Positions 1-13,590 of a stretch of DNA of 64,000 bases are shown in pieces. The notes under the pieces are model-generated. The model saw only the letters and a program-made list of their open reading frames with translations. It was not told the origin of the DNA and searched no databases. Origin of the DNA: Octopus vulgaris (lineage: Eukaryota). The DNA is taken from positions 62,186,001-62,250,000 of the forward strand of contig OX597820.1 in the NCBI GenBank assembly GCA_951406725.2. The letters are read 5' to 3'. A program made the translations under genes and the position numbers. Position 1 is the stretch's first letter; every line of letters starts with the position of its first letter.

Positions 1-167
1 CTGTCTTCCCTTCTCTGGATCTTTCCTTCTCCTATGTTTCCGACGAAGAGCTCCGCTCGAAACGTTAAACCCTCCTTCTTCCCTTCTTTCCAGAGCGTCC
101 AATAATACTATATTTGTTCCACGTCCTCGCGTTGTTGTTTTTTTGTGTTTTCTTGTTTGGATTAACT
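1..167 (+). mobile_element. Short non-coding element with a minimal type I hammerhead-like motif (family A, copy 1), probably PLE pLTR/retrozyme-like
   Basis: GTTT-CCGACGA-A-GAGC-TCC-GCTC-GAA-ACGT-T-AAAC at 36-70. The downstream motif (GAGCGTC..TAATAC..CCACGTCCTCGCG) is shared with 18458-18690. The element ends at a (TA)n tract. Confidence 0.65.
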
Positions 168-201
168 ATATATATATACATAGATACATGCACACACACA
201 C

Positions 202-236
<35 letters not shown>

Positions 237-398
237 AGACGTTTTGGCATCCAGAAGACTCCAAAAGGAAGGTAAGGATATGTAAGTGCTACAGAAGTAC
301 TGCTGTTAAACATCCGGTTCAATTATAGTATGAGTCTTAGACGTGTCGTGTGTGAGCGTGTATATTTTAAAGATATATGTGTGTGTGTGTGGGGGGTA

Positions 399-613
399 TG
401 TGTGTTAAATAAAATAAGATGACGAAACCAAAGCAATGTCATATATCTAGGACATTTATAAGGGGAAAGGTGATCTTACAGTTGCTTCACAGCAATAAAT
501 GATATTATGGATATTATGTCCCTCAAACAGTTGTAAGACCATCTTTCTCTTTATAAATGTCCTAGACATATCAAACTGCCTTGGCCTTGTTACCTTATTT
601 TATTTAACACACA
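399..613. repeat. Fold-back element (about 90 bp imperfect inverted arms) between GT/CA microsatellites
   Basis: The left arm TGTGTTAAATAAAATAAG...CTAGGACATTTATAA...CTTACAGTTG is the reverse complement of the right arm CAGTTGTAAGACC...TTATAAATGTCCTAG...CTTATTTTATTTAACACA. Confidence 0.85.
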
Positions 614-1665
614 AGCACTCACACACAATATTTCTCTCTCTCTCTCTGTCTATATGTATATATATATATACATGCCTAAGTATGTACATTCATTTCATTC
701 ACAAAATTATCATGAGGTTAATTATATGTGTTTCCATCCAAGTGGAGGTCTGGTATTGTGCACCAAAATGGCGACACGATAAAATAATTAAGCATTTTAT
801 GCTCAATATGACGGCTATCAGAAAAATCGAAGAAATGTTTAAATTAATTGAAGTAACTTTTCTAAACTTATGCAGTTGGATTTAAGCAGACAGATATGTA
901 TCGTATAATTCTCTTCGCACACATAAAAATAAAAGAGATTAAATTGATGTGGTTTCTTGCCAGATGGTTACTTATCAGCAGTTATGTTCGTCGTGTCCTA
1001 TTACCAACGCAAAGAAATTATAGAAATTGCTATTTAAATCAAGCTGAAACCAAAACGTCGCTGTTTTAACCAGACTAATTCATATAACAGTCATTTCCTG
1101 GTGACGTGACTATATAAGTAAGCAATATTTATTTATGCGTTACAATATTTCTTAGTCAATTTTAAAATTTATTGGTGCTTTTCTACTAAACACTATACTG
1201 AACTTAACTTATTATTAAACCAGTTAAACATATCACTGAGGAAAGCAGAAAGAAGTGGGTTATATATCTAACAATATGTAGGCAACAAACTGGCAAATAT
1301 GGCAGATCTCTTTCCAGGGATTTGTTTTGCTTTATGCGAAGAAAATAGCTATATTTATATTAATATTGATATAAATTTCAGTACGAATGGAAATTTACTA
1401 TTTAAGTTTATTTTATAAATATGCATATATACACACATGTACACGCATATATACACACATGCATATGCATACATATATGCAACCACATACAATTATGTGC
1501 ATTTGTAAGCTTATATATATATATATATATAAAAGAACACACTTGAGGAAATGGAGTTTATCCATAAGACGTGCATATGTATATATACTTAGATACACAT
1601 ATCTTCAGACAATACATCTGAAACAAAACAGAAATGAAGTTAGTTTATGTGTGTATATATATATA

Positions 1666-2070
1666 CAGGAGTGGCTGTGTGGTAAGTAGTTTGCTAACCA
1701 ACCACATGGTTCCGGGTTCAGTCCCACTGCGTGGCATCTTGGGCAACTGTCTTCTGCTATAGCCCCGGGCCGACCAATGCCTTGTGAGTGGATTTGGTAG
1801 ACGGAAACTGAAAGAAGCCTGTCGTATATATGTATATATATATGTATGTGTGTGTGTGTTTGTGTGTCTGTGTTTGTCCCCCTAGCATTTCTTGACAACC
1901 GATGCTGGTGTGTTTACGTCCCCGTCACTTAGCGGTTCGGCAAAAGAGACCGATAGAATAAGTACTGGGCTTACAAAGAATAAGTCCCGGGGTCGATTTG
2001 CTCGACCAAAGGCGGTGCTCCAGCATGGCCGCAGTCAAATGACTGAAACAAGTAAAAGAGTAAAAAGAGT
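1666..2070 (+). mobile_element. tRNA-derived SINE, family 1 (CORE-like, internal TA/TG microsatellite), near full length
   Basis: A-box-like TGGCTGTGTGG, B-box-like GGTTCAGTCCC, CORE-like CTTGGGCAA, tail GACTGAAACAAGTAAAAGAG. More than 10 related copies or fragments lie in the window. Confidence 0.9.
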
Positions 2071-2291
2071 ATGTGTGTGTGTGTGTGTGTGTTGATACAT
2101 CCCAGGAGAAGCGAGATACAATTTACATACATGTTAACAAAATAATATATTGTACGTTGGCACAAACATGGTGACATCCATCGAAACACACATCTCACGA
2201 TACAAACTCACACACACAGAGGCACACACATATCTCTCTATCTCTCTCTATATACTCATATATATTTACATATATATGTATATGTATATCT

Positions 2292-2324
<33 letters not shown>

Positions 2325-2352
2325 TGTATATATATATATACATATATATATA

Positions 2353-2393
<41 letters not shown>

Positions 2394-2399
2394 ATACCG

Positions 2400-2985
2400 A
2401 AGATAATTAACCTCTCAACTAAACCTCTTTCAAGCACAAAGATAAACATCCTCTCAAAAAAGTTTAAAATTTATCCCACTCCACGCAGAACCAACCAAAA
2501 TAAAGTGAAGGGCAGTATAATAGAATTCGCAGAAATATTAACTAATTATAATACTGAAGAAGAAGACTCACTAGTCAAAAACAAAAGTGAACACATCCCC
2601 CACAAAGGAAGAGATAAAAATCTTGATTAATTCTGCAACCAAATTGAGATCTTTCCCAACCTTCACCATGCAGAAGCAGAAAATTACTTCAAACGTTAGC
2701 TCTACACAATGAAAGGAACTAACAGAACTTCAAAATAATGAAGAAACAACGATGAAGGAAGCAAATAAAGGAAGTGCGATAGTAGTAATGGACATGTTAT
2801 ACTATAAAAATCTAGTAATCTCCATACTGAATGAAAGCCGACATTACGAAAAAATCACAAACTACATCCCACTCCGAAAATAAGTCTATTTATGGACATC
2901 CTCCTGCAACCCTTCCTTAAACACATCAATAGGTATATCAGAGGTACTTAGACATGTTAAATCACCTTTCCCAAAAAGTCAAATG
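2400..2985 (+). pseudogene. Decayed Penelope-like element reverse transcriptase N-terminal fragment
   Basis: Translations IINLSTKPLS..ILSKKFKIYPTP, SLVKNKSEHIPHKGRDKNLD, MKEANKGSAIVVMD..Y and [21 protein letters not shown] match the PLE RT N-terminal motifs (NLS..L..GLKF.PTP; KxADKG.AVV.MD; SYIRDT). Contains stops and an internal deletion. Confidence 0.8.
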
Positions 2986-3001
2986 ACTAAATCAAAAAGA
3001 A

Positions 3002-3074
<73 letters not shown>

Positions 3075-3116
3075 GTCTGTCTATCTGTCTGTCTGCCTGT
3101 CTGTCTGTCTGTCTGC

Positions 3117-3156
<40 letters not shown>

Positions 3157-3575
3157 TTGTCTGCCTGTCTGCCTGTCTGTCTATCTATCTAGTCATACAT
3201 AACTAGGTACATACAACCGCATGCACACTGCTAACCTTAAATATTTAATCATTTCCATTTCGCAGTTCATACACTCGACGAAAAGAAAGAGTTGACGCGC
3301 TTGGTGGTATGGACATCCGGGTTTTACTTCCTAAGTCGACAAGTCACCGATTTTTGACCAATTAACAAATTTTTATGCCATTTTACACTTTTGGGGAAAC
3401 CACGCTGTCAGAACGTATTTAGGCAGGGAATGATATGATGTGTTTGTTAAGGATTAAGCTCCCTCAAGAACGCTGGGTGCCATCGAGGCTGAGTGGCAAA
3501 CAGAAGATAACGAGTAAATAGAATTATACACACATACGTTAACACTGATGCATACGCGCATCTGTATGTATGTAT

Positions 3576-3624
<49 letters not shown>

Positions 3625-3627
3625 CAT

Positions 3628-3702
<75 letters not shown>

Positions 3703-4439
3703 CATACATATATATATATACATGTATATACATGTATATACATGTATATATATATTGTGTTTTTATGTTTCTATATATGTATCATTTACGTATGTATGTA
3801 TCTATCTACATATCTCCCTATATATCTATCGATCGACTTCTCTATCTCTCTGTCTTCTGCTCACTCACTCTCTCTCTCTTTCTTTCTCTGTGAAATATGT
3901 GTATGTGTGTGTATATATGCATGTATATATGTGTGTATAGGTGTATATAGTGAGAGAGAATAGAAAGACAGGGAGTGAGGAAGAGATAGATATATAGATA
4001 TTCGTTTGTGCGTATTTGCATGTATCCATGTATTTATAATCCTTTCTAACGTAAAAAGACGGAAAGTTACGGGCGAAGGTGCAGATCCCAGTACTTCAGT
4101 TGTTCTTTATTATAACTACTGCTAAAAAGATGTAAGGTAAAGTTGTTCGCAGCCCTGAATTTAAAAAATGCATACATATATACACAGAAGCGTGAGAAGG
4201 GGATGCTTCTGTAGACGTTTTTATTACCATCTTCTACTACATAAGCCATATTAGTGTATGCCTGACGCAATATTCATTAGGTGATAACAGTTTCCTAAGA
4301 AAGTCTTCCTCGAACTATATTCTGTTTTAGAATACAAGAATATAATATTCCTGTCATTTTGACTAAACTGGAAACTTCAGTTAAAAAAGAACGTAGCCAA
4401 GGAACTAGTTGACCTATGTAATGTTATAGGTACGATTGA

Positions 4440-4790
4440 GCAGCTCTTCAACTTTTGTAAGCACGTACGACAACTATGCTATATAGATTTTTCAAAAGGT
4501 CTTCCATACAGTCTTGCATGAGATTCTATAAGACATAATGAAAATATTTTAAATAGGTCAGAATAGCAATGAAGCAAACAAATCTGAGATGGCATGGCTA
4601 CGTACCTTCATCAGTACAGTTGCCTGCAAAAACTGTTGTGAAAAAACCTTGGAATGAGAAGGAAAACCTGACGCTTCCAGAAATAAAGAGAGAGGGGCAT
4701 GTGAGCGAATGGAAAAACATAAGCAGAAACACAAAAGCAATAGATAGAGAAGGCCGTGTTGCACATTGTGCCACAGCAGCGTCTCTCAGA
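4440..4790 (+). pseudogene. Highly decayed RTE-like LINE fragment
   Basis: LCYIDF.K resembles the RT FIDFxKAFD motif, and KQTNLRWHGYV...AKTVV resembles the RTE C-terminal LRWYGHV...AKTI motif. Confidence 0.4.
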
Positions 4791-5357
4791 CTCAATTCGA
4801 CGTTGAAACAAGCAATTATATGTAAGAATCCGGATGCTTCTTATCAATACAAATATCACAGTTTAATCATGCACATAAACATCTGCGTGCTTATTAACGT
4901 ATTTTTGTTACATAACTGTTTCGTTCTATTAGCATAAGAGAGTATTTGTGTAGATTTAATTATATTTAATGATAATATGTACAGATATTTAAAGCTTAAT
5001 TGTACTGTGAGATGAGTCCTTAGATTGTAACCAGCATTAGATATAATAAGGACAATGTATGCAATACGCGTTTTGTGAATCAAACCTGCTATCAAATCCC
5101 GCATGCCTGTGTGTGTGGGAGTGTGTCTATACCTGCGTGTCTTCGCTTAACTCACTTTCTTAATCTCTTTGTTATTCTCTCCCCCCTCTCTCTCTCTCAA
5201 TATATATATACATATACATACATACAGATATATGCACATACACACACATATAAACGTTACGGGACGTGTACGTTTTTGCGTGCGCATATATATATACATA
5301 TATACATATATACATATATACACACACACATATACATATATATATATACATATATAC

Positions 5358-5423
<66 letters not shown>

Positions 5424-5710
5424 GTATATACATACACACATACATACATACACGTCTCGTAACATTTATATGTGTGTGGGTTAGTGTGTCTGTGTGTGTG
5501 GGTGTTTGTTTGTGTGTGTATGTGTATTTGTGTGTATGTGTGTGTTTGTGTGTGTGTGAGTGTGCATGTGTGTGTGTGTGTATCAGGCGGACATAAGCTG
5601 AACAGTAGTGATGCTTAAGGGATATGTGAATATGAGTGCATAATCATATTCATTTATGCAGAAGCCTGTAGGCATTTTCTTACACATTCGTGCTTAGAGT
5701 TTGCGTTCAT

Positions 5711-5888
5711 AGGCGCAGGCGTGGCTGTGTGGTAAGAAACTTATTTCGCAACCGCATGGCTCCGGGTCCAGTCCCACTGTGTCGCATCTCGGGCCGACCA
5801 AAGCCTTGTGAGTGGATTTGGTAGACGGAAACTAAAAGAAGTACGTCGTATATATATATGTGTGTGTATATATATATATAGGTCGGTG

Positions 5889-5922
<34 letters not shown>

Positions 5923-6138
5923 TGTGTGTGTATGTTTGTTCCCTAACTTCGCTTGACAACCGGTGTTGGTTTGTTTACGCCCCCGTAACTTAGCGGTTCG
6001 GCAAATGAGACCAACAGGATAAGTACTAGGCTTACAAAGATTAAGCCCTGAGGTCGAATTGTTCCACTAAAGGCGGTGCTCCAGCATGGCCCCAGTCAAA
6101 TGACTGAAATAAGTAAAAGAATAAAAAAATAAAAGAAT
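5711..6138 (+). mobile_element. SINE family 1, full length
   Basis: Collinear with 1666-2070 from the GGCGCAGG head to the AAAGAATAAA tail. Confidence 0.9.
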
Positions 6139-6299
6139 GTATCCATGAATACCATTATGAATATTTTTGAAGTTTTATCTATATATATGCCAATATACAT
6201 ACAGATATGAATGTATATGTGTATATATGTATATCTATTCTGTCTTTTACTTGCATAGGCGTGTGGGATTCGGCCATGCAGGGGCACCGCCTTTAACGT

Positions 6300-6435
6300 A
6301 TTAGTGGAAAAGATTCTTTTCTACTCTAGGCACAAGGCCCGAAATATTTTACTGGGAGTGGTCCAGTCGATTTGATCGACCCCAGTACGAAATAGTACTT
6401 CATTTATCGACCTCGAACGCACGAAAAACAAAGTC
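6300..6435 (-). mobile_element. SINE family 2 3' fragment
   Basis: Reverse complement of the GTCGATAAA..AAGTAC..CTGGGGTCGAT..AATCGAC block seen at 35648-35870. Confidence 0.65.
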
Positions 6436-7120
6436 TAGCACATTTGACTATTACAGAACCTCTAGCTTATGAGATAACAAGCGGTGGTGTTGATAAACAC
6501 AAATAAAATAAATAGAAAGACACACACTCATACGCACACACAGGTACCAACACACACACATACACCTACTCACACACACACACGCACACACACATACGCG
6601 CGCACGCGTATACATGCTGGGATTTCACCAAGTTTCTTTCTACGAAAGTTAGTCACAATGCATCTAGGATTTAGTACAAGGCATATGCCCAAAGTGCCGC
6701 GTTGTGTCACTGAACAACGGAGCTATGTGGTTCTAAAAAGAAATTCTTATATCTTTATTCGTGTAATGCCATTGTGAAATTGCTCTCTTAACCATTTCTC
6801 TAAAATTCCATGTTGATGCAATTTGTCCAAAATTGCATCATAATCTGTATGCCTCCAAGACGAACGATTTACAAAACAGTTTACCCATACATCTTCGAAG
6901 ATGTTAAACTGTTTTGGTGTATTTTTGATGCAGTCTGTAAAGTTTCGGTTTTTGTGCTGGCCTTTTAGCCTAGACTAATAGAGACAGATTATATATTGAC
7001 ATGATGTTATGGTGTTGCGACAGTAAATACTGAAAGAAAAAAAAAAGAAACAATACAAGAAGACTAATGTTTGACTAATATCAAATATTGTATTAGTTTA
7101 ACGTTTTACTGGACACGGAG

Positions 7121-7170
7121 TATCTGTGACAACGTTTCAAAATTTAGTCATTCATCAGAGTGTCTGTGTA
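7121..7170 (-). ncRNA. Degenerate hammerhead-like motif
   Basis: Minus strand reads CTGATGA-ATGACTAAATTTT-GAA-ACGT-TGTC. The core is intact but the stems are weak. Confidence 0.4.
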
Positions 7171-7831
7171 TGTGAGAGAGAGAGCGAGAGCGAGAGAGCG
7201 AGCGAGAGAAAGAGAGCGAGAGAGAGAGAGAATAAGTGAGCGTATCGGGAAATGAGAAGGAAGTGAAAGAGTAAAATAGATAGGTGAATGGTAGAAATAG
7301 TTGGGAATGTTCTACAGGGGGTAGAGTTAATAAGTGAAGGGGTAAGTGTGTAGATGCAAGCGTTAGATTATGACGGTTTTCTAATGGCCATAAGGAGGAG
7401 GAGCTGTTAGTGTGGTGTAGGTATGTGTATGCTATTAGTGTGGTGTAGGTATGTACATAGTGTAGAATCAGCCCAGCCGGCTCAGCTAAGGTGGCTCACT
7501 GTGTTGTTGTTTGTATGTAATATTCCAGTGGGTTGGGTTAAGGCAAGGAAGTGAGGAAGCGAGAACTTGTTCGTGTGGGAGGAGATCAACGTATTAAGGA
7601 AGTATATGGAGTAGCGATAGTAAGCTGAATGTTATTTACGAGTGTATAAGTATATAACAAATTCAGGTATGAATGGGGAATCTTTATAAATAAAGAATTT
7701 TGTGAAGCGAAGAAAATCAAAGAAATTTGGAAAAATACACAACAATAATAAAGGGTGGTGATGGTAAAAATAATGTAGTTTGGAGGCGAACAGAACATTC
7801 GGTACTAGAATATACATTTGATTTCACACAC

Positions 7832-7888
<57 letters not shown>

Positions 7889-8145
7889 CACATACACACA
7901 CATACACACACCCAGGCACGCACACACTCATACACATCCGTGCGCGCGAAAAATAAGCTACTCTTAGGCACCATTCGCATGAAAAATAAACAATAATTAC
8001 CATAGATTTCGGAATTATTACAAACATTTCTTACAAAATATGCATTTTATGATTTGTATAATTATGTTATTGATAAGTGGTTATCGATCTAATTAGTGGC
8101 TGTGAATGTATATTTATTTTGTGCAAGCTCTATATCTTCCCTTTA

Positions 8146-8370
8146 CATTGCTGTTGTTTGATCCCGATTTAGCTCAGATTGAGCAGGTGTATGATTGAAA
8201 TTATACCAGCGCTGAGTATCCTGCTCTTTGTTTTTCTTTCATTCTATATGCGAGGATGCCTTGAGAATCCATTATCTAATGTGTATATTTATTAGATGTA
8301 GAGTGTGATAAAGGAGATTTGACTGATATTTCTAGTAAATAGTGCAACTATTTCAATAAACCCTTTACAA
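8146..8370 (-). repeat. Old unclassified interspersed repeat (related copies near 19090-19310, 32150-32310, 44110, 44770-44930 and 54680-54790)
   Basis: Recurrent degenerate motifs GATCTGCTAGAAATAGCAGCCAAAT and TTTGATCATAG...GGGCTGACCTG...AACAAC. Confidence 0.4.
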
Positions 8371-8549
8371 GTGTCTTGTCAATATAGTCAATATTTTTGT
8401 TTCTTAATTTCACATAGGTCTCTAAATTTGTGAAATATGTTCACAGAAAAGTTATTTGTAATTTGGGGTCATCCAGATACTATGAAGTGACGATGAAATT
8501 ACATCAGATTGATATTTTATATTCTTAATAAATTTCCGCCAATCTGAGG

Positions 8550-8666
8550 AGAGGAGCTGGCGGAATGGTTGCCGTACCGGAAAAATTGCTTAGCAACATT
8601 TTTTCCGACTCTTCCTTCTGAGTTCAAATTCCGCGCTAGTTGATTTTGCTTTTCATTTTTCGGGGT
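8550..8666 (+). mobile_element. SINE family 2 5' fragment, abutting an antisense family 1 SINE
   Basis: GAGCTGGCGGAA..., TTCTGAGTTCAAATTCCGC, TTTGCTTTTCATTTTTCGGGG. Confidence 0.75.
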
Positions 8667-8891
8667 CTCTCTTTTACTTATTTCAGTCATTAGACTGCAG
8701 CCATGTTGGAGCACCGCCTTTAGTAAAGCAAATAGACCCCAGCACTTATTCTTTGTAAGCCTAGTACTTATTCTTTCGGTCTCTTTTGCCGAACCGCTAG
8801 GTTACGGGGACGAAAACACACCAGCATCGATTGTCAAGCGATGTTGGAGTGACAAAGACAGACACACAAAATATATAGACACAAGCACACA

Positions 8892-8957
<66 letters not shown>

Positions 8958-9163
8958 TACACATATATATATATACGACAGGCTTCTTTCAGTTTCTGTC
9001 AACCAAATCCACTCACAAAGCTTTGGTCGGCTCGAGGGTATAATAGAAGACACTTACCAATGGTGCCACGCAGTGGGACTGAACCTGGAACCATGGGGTT
9101 GGTAAGCAAGCTACTTTCCACACAGCTACTCCAGCGCCTACTTACCACACAGCCACTCTTGCG
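8667..9163 (-). mobile_element. SINE family 1, full length, with a duplicated head
   Basis: Reverse complement of the 1666-2070 layout. The CCACACAGC.ACTC head unit occurs twice (9110-9163). Confidence 0.9.
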
Positions 9164-10176
9164 ATAAAATAAATATCCTTTGAACACCGGGATCGACTCC
9201 ATTAATATAGTTCCTTCCCGAAATAGCTGACCCGGTACAAAATTTGAAACCGATATATACAAGAGCTACATTTTATTTAAGATTTGAAGAAGAAATGCAT
9301 TTTGTTTCATTGATCAGGAACGTGAAATATTTTCTTTTTATTACGTTGTTGAAAATTCACATTATTTGTTTTCTCCTCTGTACGAATCATATCATCTACG
9401 AGTCTATTGTTACTTGCTACTGTACAGTAGCTTCTCCTAATTTTGCTATTGAGGAATAAGACCGGGATCTTTTGATGGAACTGATGTATGATTAGACCGT
9501 TAAGGTTCTGATAAAACGCGAGCCATTTCATTTTCAAACAAATTGTGCATACTATGCAACAGTATGTAAGTTTTGCGGGTGGTTGTGTGTGATGTGAGAA
9601 AAAAGGCACGGGATTCTATTTTCAGCAGGTTGACCGACTATGTAGATGGTTCTACGTTTGTTTCGTAGCCGCCCAATTCTAGATTTCTACTTGCGTACTT
9701 AGTTACCTGTCCTCCTTGTAAACCTTGGGGTAACATAACGGCTAGAAAGATTAAAGAGTCACAGATAAACATAGCAATGGATTAGAATACACTTTTTAAT
9801 CAAATAAAGCTTCACCAATATTGAAAGAGAGCTTATCTTGCAGCTTACCAGAACATGGCAGTAAGACCAATGAGATCAGACATTAATAACCAGCAGTGAC
9901 AATTTGGTTTGTCGTGTAATAATCTATAAGTCTGATCCAGTGACCTCGTGCAATATAGTGTACTAACGTCTAGGTCAACATAAAACTACCAGTTGGACAC
10001 AACACACACATGTGCACGCGCGTGCTCACACACACGCAGGTACGTCTGCATGTATGTATGTATATATATATATATATACATATATGTTTGTATATATAGA
10101 GAGAGGGAGGGAGGGGGAGAGATATAGATGGACGAATATGTATATGATTACACAGACATATATCAATATATATATA

Positions 10177-10216
<40 letters not shown>

Positions 10217-10343
10217 AAATATTAAGACAAAGAAAATTCTTTAACACATCTTTAATGAATCGTTATGAGCGTGCGTGCGAGCGTGTGTTCGCGTCTGTGT
10301 TTGTGTGTGTGTGTGTGCGTGCGTGCGTTCGTTAGTGTATATA

Positions 10344-10376
<33 letters not shown>

Positions 10377-10661
10377 CGTGTGTGTATGTGTGTGTGCGTG
10401 TATGTGCGTGTGTATCAGTTAGTAGCTAGGACACGATATTTCGTTTTGCAAAAATATTATACTACCGAGAACAGCAAAGATTTACACTTCAATATTTTGT
10501 CTTCTGTTTGTGCTACGAATGCGATATTCTCATTGTTTAAGTTTGTCTGTATAAGTTTCTGTAGAATTCAGAGTCACCACTGTAAGTTACGACGTTGCGT
10601 ACACGAATCCATCTCGGCAAACAATGCGACCGAAGACAGAAAAAAATGTAAATTTATGTGT

Positions 10662-10703
10662 GTATATGCATATTTCGAAAGTTACTGTTCTTTCATCAAT
10701 ACT
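10662..10703 (-). ncRNA. Degenerate type I hammerhead-like motif
   Basis: Minus strand reads GTA-TTGAT-GAAAG-AACAGTAA-CTTTC-GAA-AT-ATGC-AT-A-TAC. All three stems can form, but the core has C3U and lacks one GA. Confidence 0.45.
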
Positions 10704-10945
10704 ACATCTAACCCGTCAAATATCTACGAACGGATTGCTTAAATATCCACTACGTTTAGTGATGCAACACTTGGTTTAATCAACTTACATATTAAGCACA
10801 TTTCTGACAGCTCATAAATAAATATTTATTTCCTAGTAAAGACACAGAATTTTGCTTTGCAACCATAATATATTGTCAAGTATATAAATGGGATACAAGT
10901 CAATATTTCTCTGTTAGCACAGCGATATTCTCGTTTTTAAGCTTA

Positions 10946-11028
<83 letters not shown>

Positions 11029-11050
11029 TTTTCTATATATTTACTTCTAA

Positions 11051-11447
11051 TCTTTATATATAAAAGAGAGGTTGTGTGTCTGTCTCCTACGATTTAGATT
11101 CCTAACTACTCCCACATTTTGCGGTGCAGTTTAACCAAAACCGGGTATCTTATAGTCGTGATTCATATCGATCCCTTCTGGGTATTAGCGCGCGTCTACG
11201 ATAAATCTACGATTTAAAAAAAAATTACCATCATTTTTTCCCCATTTTAATGCATTCTTTTCGCTATTATATAAGGGAAGTAACTCTCTAAAAATGTCTA
11301 CGATGAGTCAACGATTTTTAATAAAATTTACCATAATTTTATTCCATTTTTAATGCATTTTTTGCTAATTTTTGGCTATAACTCTCTAAAAATACTTATA
11401 TAGTTATTTCCCTTACAAACCCGAGCAACGCCGGGCGATACTACTCG
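11051..11447 (+). mobile_element. Non-autonomous Helitron-like element
   Basis: A|TC start (TCTTTATATATAAAAG), subterminal hairpin CCCGAGCAACGCCGGG and a CTCG|T end (CTAG variant). Internal partial duplication. Confidence 0.75.
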
Positions 11448-11688
11448 TATAGAATGAAACTCTTTAAAAAAAAATTTCACCAAAGTAGCAGCATATCAAG
11501 ATACGTTTAAAGGTGAAAAATTATAAACAATTTATAAACAAGAGCAAAAGAAAAAGATTTCTATACCAATATGCTGAGGATAGACTTCAAATCGTCAATC
11601 ATCACATTACAATATAAATTCACCATGAATACACGTCGTGCTAAAATCGAGGAAGGCAAGCTAACAGAATTTTTTTTAAAGTTCGTTA

Positions 11689-11747
11689 TCTCTATATGGA
11701 ATCAATTTCGGGATTAATGCTACGGAATTTTCCCTCTTCAGTAGAGA
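11689..11747 (-). ncRNA. Type I hammerhead ribozyme (family B), best-conserved copy
   Basis: Minus strand reads TCTCTA-CTGAAGA-GGGA-(17 nt)-TCCC-GAA-ATTG-ATT-CCAT-A^-TAGAGA. Stem I has 6 bp, stem II 4 bp and stem III 3 of 4 bp. The core is canonical with an AUA cleavage triplet. Confidence 0.8.
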
Positions 11748-11960
11748 ATAGGATAAGAAATAAATGAAATACTTACAAGCACCCATGCAAAAAAGCAGAA
11801 GCAAGAATCATGAGTACACATAAGTACTCCAGTTATATTTAAATGTAAAATTGTTTGGCAAGCCTATATATGTAGAAGGTTGAAAAGGAACACAGGAATT
11901 AATATATATGGAAATAAAAGTCAAGGTAGAAAATGCTAAAATAATTTTATAAAAACATAT

Positions 11961-12000
11961 CACTACCGGTTTCAGTCATTGAGAATTTCTTCTACTGTAA
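11961..12000 (-). ncRNA. Degenerate hammerhead-like motif
   Basis: Minus strand reads CAG-TAGAAGA-A-ATTC-TCAAT-GACT-GAA-ACCGGT-A-GTG, with a palindromic ACCGGT in place of stem III and a mutated core. Confidence 0.35.
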
Positions 12001-12151
12001 GTATGGAAAACAATTAACTTTCGGAAAAATTAAAAGAAAAGTTTTTTAAAAGAATATTTGCATAGTATTCAAATACAAGGGGCATTTTCCTTATTTCTGC
12101 CTGTCTCTATCTCTCTTGTTTACTCTTCTGGGTTCGATGACCTCGAGCCCC

Positions 12152-12223
<72 letters not shown>

Positions 12224-12385
12224 ATGTGTGTGTGTGTGTGTGTGTGTATGCACAGAGGTCATGTGTTTTGCCAGATTGTGGGCCGGCTGCGATACTTTGG
12301 CGTAAAAGAATATATTCTCATCAATTCGCCTGGTGTTAAAACATCAGGAAATCATAGACGAGTTAGATAACTCGCATCAGCGGTA

Positions 12386-12419
<34 letters not shown>

Positions 12420-12965
12420 CCTAAGTTTATATTACTACAAATTATATAATTTACCTATTTCCTTAAATTCTAAAAGATCATTATAAGTTTAAATGATACC
12501 AGAGTCTATAGCCGTATCTTATTTCATAGCAATCTCTACTATCATGTATATTAAGCTTTTATAACTATTTAACCTAAATTATGCTTTGCGAAGGACCATC
12601 AAACGAATAATTCCTAGGTTGCTTCAACCACAGACATGGGAACAACCTAGAATAAAGCCGCATAGAACTCTTTAGCCTGGATGAATATATACTGCAACTG
12701 AAGCAACTTAATGCTCATAAGTGCTACATCAAGGGAAAGTAGGACACTTAAGCACCAAAAACGTGTTGGACTGAAATCTAACGTGAATGTAATGTGAATA
12801 ATACTCTGCTAAACAAGATGCGAAGATGGATAATCCTCTATTCATTTTTATGATGTTATACATACACACCCCACACACACGCTCACTCACACACATACAT
12901 ATATATAGATATGTAGATATATGTATATATATATGTATATATATGTATATATATATATGTATATA

Positions 12966-13006
<41 letters not shown>

Positions 13007-13026
13007 ATATATATATATATGTATAC

Positions 13027-13079
<53 letters not shown>

Positions 13080-13260
13080 CATACATACATATCTATCTGT
13101 ATATTTTAAATATGTACATATATAACATATAATCACATGCAAGTACACAAAAGTGCACTTTTATATATACTCACGCACCCTCATATATACGCACACACAT
13201 ATATAATTATTCTATTGAATTTTAGATTTACAATCGTCTAAGTGCTTGTAAATTATTAAT

Positions 13261-13303
13261 TAGATCGGTTTCTGCAATGAATTTCACTTATATTCTTCAG
13301 CTG
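13261..13303 (-). ncRNA. Degenerate hammerhead-like motif
   Basis: Minus strand reads CTGAAGA-(21 nt)-GAAACCGATC. The core is intact and the stems are eroded. Confidence 0.4.
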
Positions 13304-13526
13304 TATTGCAGAACTTTCATAAACGTTGGAATCTATTTACAGTGTGCTACCAGTAATTTTTGTACATTTATTCCTGGCAATAATAGCAAAATCTGCAAAA
13401 GTAAGGGTGTAATTTTGTTTCTTTTAATCCTGCTTTATAATTGATTTTTTGTTATATGCATGTATGTGTGCGCATGTATATATGCGTCTGTGTGTATTTG
13501 TGCGTATGTATATCTGTATATATATG

Positions 13527-13590
<64 letters not shown>

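Noticed and set aside
7500-7600. PLE GIY-YIG C-terminus upstream of the 7121 motif (similar hints at 42200-42450 and 48880-49060)
   Set aside because: The resemblance is limited to a few residues and is too degenerate to call.
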